Of a DNA stretch of 13,544 bases, positions 9,189-13,544 are shown piece after piece. Each line of letters begins with the position of its first letter. The first letter of the stretch is position 1. The DNA is from Candidatus Scalinduaceae bacterium (GTDB lineage: Bacteria; Planctomycetota; Brocadiia; Brocadiales; Scalinduaceae): contig JBHICG010000081.1 in the NCBI GenBank assembly GCA_046759445.1, positions 1 to 13,544 on the forward strand, read 5' to 3'. The notes under the pieces are model-generated. The model did not search any database and was not told the origin of the DNA. It saw nothing but the letters and a program-made list of their open reading frames with translations. Made by a program: the position numbers and the translations under genes.

Positions 9189-9558
9189 CATCTTGATTAT
9201 GCAAATCTACCACATTAGATTCTAATTGGCTAACCTTTTTCTTGGATTTCTTGTCTGTCTCCATTCGCTCCATTATCCGCTTACTACCCAAACTCACCGC
9301 TGAAGGCCATATTCCTCAAAGTATTCGCCTATTTCATCACACGTACTTCTTGTATACTTTGTCGATAAATATATCGCCACATCTCGACTTTCTTTTCCTT
9401 AGCGTCCCTATACGCATATTCCCTCCTTCGAAATCCCATATACATCACTCACCACTTCATTTATTTCATCAATTTTAGGACAAGGCCGAGCATATATCAT
9501 TCCTGAAACTCAAATTAAATGATAATTAATTCATTTTATCTCATTTTTCCTATTTGCC

Positions 9559-9584
9559 AATATCAAAGATCAAAGATGTGACCC
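9559..9584 (-). repeat. Right terminal inverted repeat of the MITE
   Basis: AATATCAAAGATCAAAGATGTGACCC; identical to 13439-13464. Confidence 0.92.
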
Positions 9585-9605
9585 TTACATCCTACACTTC
9601 ACAAC

Positions 9606-12065
9606 TCAGGCAGAGACTTTTTCAAAGGCAATTTCGCTATCTTGCATTATTGCCTTGACTCTATCACCCGATTGAAATTCCTTGTTTACGATGCATAGGG
9701 ACAGTTTATTTTCTATTTCACGTTCAATGGTCCTTTTAAGTGGACGTGCCCCATACTTTGGCTCATATCCATCAGATGCAAGTTTATGCTTAATTTCAGT
9801 ACCTATGTCAAGACTTAGACCTTCTTCCTCTAACCTCTTTATGAGTTTATTTAAGAGGATGTCCAATATGCGAGTAATATGCTCTTTTGTTAAGGAGTGA
9901 AAGACGATCATATCATCTAGTCGATTCAAAAACTCTGGTTTAAAATATTTCTTAACTTCAGATAGCACTAGATCCTTTGCTTCATCATGGCTAATAACAC
10001 CCGGACCTGTCTTAAATCCGATTACGTGTTTTTCAGCAAGCTTCTCACTTCCAATATTTGATGTCCCTATAATAATAGTATTTCGAAAGCTTATGACGTG
10101 ACCCTGCGCGTCGGTTAATCTCCCTTCATCAAGTACTTGAAGTAGCATGTTAAAGACATCAGGATGAGCTTTTTCTACTTCATCAAGCAATACCACAGCA
10201 TAAGGCACACGTTTTATCTTTTCGGTAAGTTGCCCGCCCTCTCCATAACCCACATAACCGGGAGGTGATCCTATAAGTTTTGCTACTTCATGACGCTCCA
10301 TATATTCTGACATATCCAATCTAACTATACGTGTTTCGTCATCAAATAGAAATTCCGCAAGGGCCTTTGCCAACTCTGTTTTTCCAACTCCTGTTGGACC
10401 AAGAAAGAGGAAAGTGCCAATGGGTCTGGATACCTCTCTCAGTCCTGCCCTGTTTCTCCTGATTGCGTCAGCAATTGCCTTAACGGCAGCTTCCTGTGCC
10501 ACAATACGTTCATGTATCTTTTCTTCCATATGTGCTAATTTATCCGCCTCTTTCTCAAGCATCCTTGAGGCCGGTATACCTGTCCAACGCGATACTATGT
10601 TGGCTATATCTTCAGATGTTACAGAGCTATCTTTTTCCTTTAATTCCTTCTGCCATTTTTCTTTTTCGCTGGCAAGACGTTCTTCTATAACCTGTAGTTC
10701 TGCATGATGTTTCGTTGCCTCTTCAAAATCCTGTCTTTCAAAGGCTTCCACCTTAAGTGCCGTATGCGTCCTCTTTTCATTTTCTAATTTTTTAACATCA
10801 GGGGGGGTGTAGTGCAATTCAAGATGTTTTTTTGAGCCTGCTTCGTCCAGGAGGTCTATGGCCTTATCAGGCTGTGCCCTGTCTGTGATGTAACGGTCAG
10901 AAAGATGTGCAGCAGCATCTAAAGATTCAGGTGTGTAATCTATATTATGATGTTTTTCGTAATAGGATTTAAGACCCTCAAGGATGTGTTTGGTCTCTTC
11001 GATTCCGGGTTCACTGATTGATACCGTCTGAAATCGCCGTGCAAGCGCTCTATCTGGTTCTACATATTTACGATAGTCATCATAAGTAGTTGCCCCAATC
11101 AATTGTAACTGACCCCTCGACAGGGCCGGTTTCAGGATATCTGGAGCTCCCATTCCACCGGCGCTTGCTCCACCTCCTACACCAACTACGGTATGTAACT
11201 CATCTATAAAAAGTATAATCCTACCTCCAGCATCTATTATCGAATCCCTTATTGATTTAAGCCTACCTTCGAACTCACCTCTCACGCCTGCCCCTGCAAT
11301 AAGTGCGGCCATATCAAGGGAAAGTATCTTTTTTGTTAGTAATGATTGTGTCACCTCTGCGGCAGCTATTTGTTGTGCAAGGCCCTCCACAATGACAGTC
11401 TTTCCTACTCCTGCTTCACCTATTAATACAGGGTTATTCTTTTTACGTCTCGATAAAATCTGTATTACCCTTTCTATCTCTTTTTCCCTCCCTATAACGG
11501 GATCTAGTTCGCCCTGTCGGGCAAGTTCTATTAGATCGACTGTATATTCCTTTAGGACATCAAGTTTACTTTCGTCATCCTGGTTTACGATCTTTCTGCC
11601 ACCTCTAATTTCTTCAATGGCAGTTCTAACTTTTTCCGGTTCAAGGCTGGCACCTTTAATAATCTCAGCAGTTTTTCCAGACTGTGGATTAAAAAGCGCA
11701 AGAAATAATGCTTCAGTACTAATCAATTTGTCTCCCATCTTATTTGATTCATGCAAAGCAATCTCAAACACTTTCTCAACCTCACTTGATATTACTAATT
11801 GTATTTTATCTGTCGATGGAAGGTCTGACGCTTGATTATCTATGGATGCAAAAATTCCGTCCATAAGCCGCTTCTTTATACCTTCTGTATCAAGTTTGAG
11901 TTGTTCGATAATTGTAACAATAGAGGAATCTTCCTGAACTAACAAACCTAGAAGTATAAACTCTGACGTAAAAACATTGCGTCTCATATTCACGAGTTCC
12001 ATAGTCCCAAGGTTTATGGCATCTAATACCTTTTTTGTACAATATCTTATATATTTTTGTAGCAT
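9606..12065 (-). CDS. clpC: ATP-dependent Clp protease ATP-binding subunit, ClpC type
   Basis: Clp_N repeats, AAA1 (GEAGVGKT, LFIDELH), short UVR-like middle domain (QDFEEA), AAA2 (GPTGVGKT, LLDEVEKAH), ClpP-docking IGF loop (HVIGF), YGARPL and a GAGGAG RBS. Confidence 0.93.
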   Translation of the reverse strand: MLQKYIRYCTKKVLDAINLGTMELVNMRRNVFTSEFILLGLLVQEDSSIVTIIEQLKLDTEGIKKRLMDGIFASIDNQASDLPSTDKIQLVISSEVEKVFEIALHESNKMGDKLISTEALFLALFNPQSGKTAEIIKGASLEPEKVRTAIEEIRGGRKIVNQDDESKLDVLKEYTVDLIELARQGELDPVIGREKEIERVIQILSRRKKNNPVLIGEAGVGKTVIVEGLAQQIAAAEVTQSLLTKKILSLDMAALIAGAGVRGEFEGRLKSIRDSIIDAGGRIILFIDELHTVVGVGGGASAGGMGAPDILKPALSRGQLQLIGATTYDDYRKYVEPDRALARRFQTVSISEPGIEETKHILEGLKSYYEKHHNIDYTPESLDAAAHLSDRYITDRAQPDKAIDLLDEAGSKKHLELHYTPPDVKKLENEKRTHTALKVEAFERQDFEEATKHHAELQVIEERLASEKEKWQKELKEKDSSVTSEDIANIVSRWTGIPASRMLEKEADKLAHMEEKIHERIVAQEAAVKAIADAIRRNRAGLREVSRPIGTFLFLGPTGVGKTELAKALAEFLFDDETRIVRLDMSEYMERHEVAKLIGSPPGYVGYGEGGQLTEKIKRVPYAVVLLDEVEKAHPDVFNMLLQVLDEGRLTDAQGHVISFRNTIIIGTSNIGSEKLAEKHVIGFKTGPGVISHDEAKDLVLSEVKKYFKPEFLNRLDDMIVFHSLTKEHITRILDILLNKLIKRLEEEGLSLDIGTEIKHKLASDGYEPKYGARPLKRTIEREIENKLSLCIVNKEFQSGDRVKAIMQDSEIAFEKVSA

Positions 12066-12216
12066 TTAATAGCTCCTCGTCAATATATTAGTATATTGTA
12101 TTAAATATTTACTTTCAATCAATTTAGTGATTATCTTGAATAAATTGGAATCAAAACCAATTCTGTTCGCCACGATGTTTGACATATGAGTACAATGATT
12201 GAAGCTCAGGAAAATT

Positions 12217-12244
12217 ATTGTACTAATTGGTAAAAAAAATACAA
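12217..12244 (-). promoter_or_regulatory. Candidate sigma70 promoter for clpC
   Basis: TTGTAT (12244-12239), 16-bp spacer, TACAAT (12222-12217). Confidence 0.3.
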
Positions 12245-12360
12245 GAGGATACTAATAGTGTGACGTAATGGAGAGATTTAGAAATGAAGGCATAGCACTC
12301 CCATGAAACTTTTAAAGGCGACAAATCCTCTGAGAGTGGTTATTTGGCAAAAGGCAAAAG

Positions 12361-12386
12361 GGGTCAGATCTTTGATATTTGATATT
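12361..12386 (+). repeat. Left terminal inverted repeat; contains the transposase stop codon
   Basis: GGGTCAGATCTTTGATATTTGATATT; the minus strand encodes YQISKI-TGA. Confidence 0.92.
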
Positions 12387-12903
12387 CATCTTGATTATGC
12401 AAATCTACCACATTAGATTCTAATTGGCTAACCTTTTTCTTGGATTTCTTGTCTGTCTCCATTCGCTCCATTATCCGCTTACTACCCAAACTCACCGCTG
12501 AAGGACGAATTCCTCCAAAGTATTCGCCTATTTCATCACACGTACTTCTTGTATACTTTATCGATAAATATATCGCCACATCTCGGCTTTCATTTCCTTT
12601 ACGTCCCCTTACGCACATTCTCTCCTTCGAAATCCCATACACCCCGCTCACCACTTCATTTATTTCATCAATTTTAGGACAAGGTCGAGCATATATCAAT
12701 CCTGAAACTTCAGCATCTTTTCTCTCCTGTTTTCTATCCCTCAATTTCTCTCTCATGCGCCTTACAAACTGTACTGTTCCTAATGTTGCTCCAAAACTCA
12801 TTTCTTTTAATGGGTTTTCTTCAGCTCCCACATTTACAAAATTACGATACTCCTTCCTCTGCTCTTTTTCAGATCGACCAAACCTTTCAAGCACTTGCTT
12901 CAC
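12364..12903 (-). CDS. C-terminal transposase fragment with Bac_DnaA_C-like helix-turn-helix
   Basis: LGTVQFV linker motif. IDEINEVVSGVYGIS...RDVAIYLS...EIGEYFGG.RPSAVS.GSKRI resembles DnaA domain IV. Its GTG is probably an internal Val. Confidence 0.55.
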   Translation of the reverse strand: MKQVLERFGRSEKEQRKEYRNFVNVGAEENPLKEMSFGATLGTVQFVRRMREKLRDRKQERKDAEVSGLIYARPCPKIDEINEVVSGVYGISKERMCVRGRKGNESRDVAIYLSIKYTRSTCDEIGEYFGGIRPSAVSLGSKRIMERMETDKKSKKKVSQLESNVVDLHNQDEYQISKI

Positions 12904-12904
12904 T

Positions 12905-13369
12905 TCAAGCCACTTTTGGACATTTTCGTATTCCTAAATAATCTCGATAACTTGACCATCTATACTCCTCCGGTCGTCTCACGATGCCTGCACGTACCGG
13001 ATTCATGTGTATGTATCGCGTTAATACGTTCAAATGCGCTTCCGCTTCTATGAGCACACTCTTAAACCTGCCCTGGAACAGATGACCTACTCTTTTATAT
13101 TCTTTATTTACATAGCTAGCATAAACATGGTTCAACCACTGCAATGGCCTGCTCAAATTACCTTCCGGAGTTTCTACCTCAAGACGATAATAGGCTGGCA
13201 TCAAACAATATCCATGAAATATTATTCCCCACTTTTCATGCAGATCTCCTAATTTATCTAAAAACATCTTTTTATCGGAATCATCAAAAAATATGTTTTG
13301 TCTCCCGACACCTCTGTTCGTAATGTGATAATAAGCACCTGGATACTCAATACGTAATGGTCTCGCCAT
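12905..13369 (-). CDS. N-terminal Y1/RAYT transposase fragment
   Basis: MARPLRIEYPGAYYHITNRG, RVGHLFQGRFKS, YIHMNPVRAG (catalytic Tyr) and YRWSSY. Confidence 0.65.
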   Translation of the reverse strand: MARPLRIEYPGAYYHITNRGVGRQNIFFDDSDKKMFLDKLGDLHEKWGIIFHGYCLMPAYYRLEVETPEGNLSRPLQWLNHVYASYVNKEYKRVGHLFQGRFKSVLIEAEAHLNVLTRYIHMNPVRAGIVRRPEEYRWSSYRDYLGIRKCPKVA

Positions 13370-13412
13370 AAAGTCTTGTTTCTAAAACTCAGATTAATGA
13401 TATAAAAAACTA

Positions 13413-13440
13413 ATTTTATCTTATTTTTCCTATTTGCCAA
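13413..13440 (-). promoter_or_regulatory. Candidate transposase promoter abutting the right TIR
   Basis: TTGGCA (13440-13435), 16-bp spacer, TAAAAT (13418-13413). Both boxes are conserved in the MITE (9560-9555 and 9538-9533). Confidence 0.45.
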
Positions 13441-13464
13441 TATCAAAGATCAAAGATGTGACCC
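13439..13464 (-). repeat. Right terminal inverted repeat
   Basis: AATATCAAAGATCAAAGATGTGACCC. Confidence 0.92.
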
Positions 13465-13544
13465 TTATATTCACTTATATTCTTACCATGTCTGTCATAG
13501 ACTGTCTAAAACATTCATAGACATTTTTTTTATTTTTTTTAAAA

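Larger units (their letters stand above)
9163..9584 (-). mobile_element. 422-bp non-autonomous (MITE-like) internal-deletion derivative of the element at 12361-13464
   Basis: 9163-9510 aligns to 12361-12709 and 9511-9584 aligns to 13390-13464. It carries 26-bp TIRs. The residual coding sequence has two in-frame stops and a 1-bp deletion. Confidence 0.9.
12364..13369 (-). pseudogene. REP-associated-tyrosine-transposase-like (Y1_Tnp) gene with C-terminal DnaA-domain-IV-like HTH; frameshifted, HUH motif lost
   Basis: Removing one base near 12913-12917 fuses both ORFs into 334 aa reading ...KCPK-WLE-VKQVL. The expected MPNHYHL reads MPAYYRL. Confidence 0.85.
12361..13464 (-). mobile_element. 1104-bp TIR-bounded element encoding a RAYT/Y1 HUH transposase-DnaA_C fusion
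   Basis: 26-bp TIRs at 12361-12386 and 13439-13464 (24/26 match) tightly enclose the transposase gene. A related deleted copy lies at 9163-9584. Confidence 0.9.

Noticed and set aside
9242..9478. 78-aa ORF similar to 12440-12937, looking like a duplicated gene pair
   Set aside because: Both are antisense readings of the transposase sequence; the similarity comes from the element duplication.
3853..11117. Scattered TGACCC/GGGTCA hexamers (near 3853, 4224, 6339, 10099 and 11110)
   Set aside because: They lie inside coding sequence and lack the ATCAAAG inner repeats, so they are consistent with chance.
9682..11835. Plus-strand ORFs within clpC
   Set aside because: Antisense shadows of a conserved AAA+ gene.
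9606..12065. Annotation as clpB
   Set aside because: The middle domain is short and UVR-like and an IGF ClpP-docking loop is present, both of which point to ClpC.
12364..12903. Annotation as chromosomal replication initiator dnaA
   Set aside because: Only a domain-IV-like HTH is present, with no AAA+ domain, and it is the frameshifted continuation of the transposase.
13034..13446. ORFs 13034-13252 (+) and 13258-13446 (-)
   Set aside because: They overlap the transposase gene and TIR in alternative frames with no motif support.
9140..13490. Classical target-site duplications or GTAG-type REP hairpins around either copy
   Set aside because: Left and right flanks do not match as direct repeats, and I found no GTAG/GGAG-footed hairpins.

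Overview
AT-rich bacterial window. Left to right: a C-terminally truncated GNA1162/DUF799-like lipoprotein gene (possible IS end at the window edge), a three-gene NAD(P) transhydrogenase operon (pntAA-pntAB-pntB), a secreted DUF1326 protein, a membrane HAMP/HD-GYP phosphodiesterase plus a TPR lipoprotein, a B12-binding radical SAM (DUF4070-type) gene, a 67-aa half-ferritin-like protein and clpC. The most unusual part is 9149-13482, where two same-orientation copies of one mobile element bracket clpC. The 1104-bp copy (12361-13464) encodes a RAYT/Y1-HUH transposase fused to a DnaA-C-like HTH; it is frameshifted and both HUH histidines are substituted. The 422-bp copy (9163-9584) is an internal-deletion derivative. 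Both have 26-bp terminal inverted repeats and no classical target-site duplication. Instead, three of the four ends (the fourth imperfectly) abut their own short tandem duplication. All alignments and counts were done by eye.
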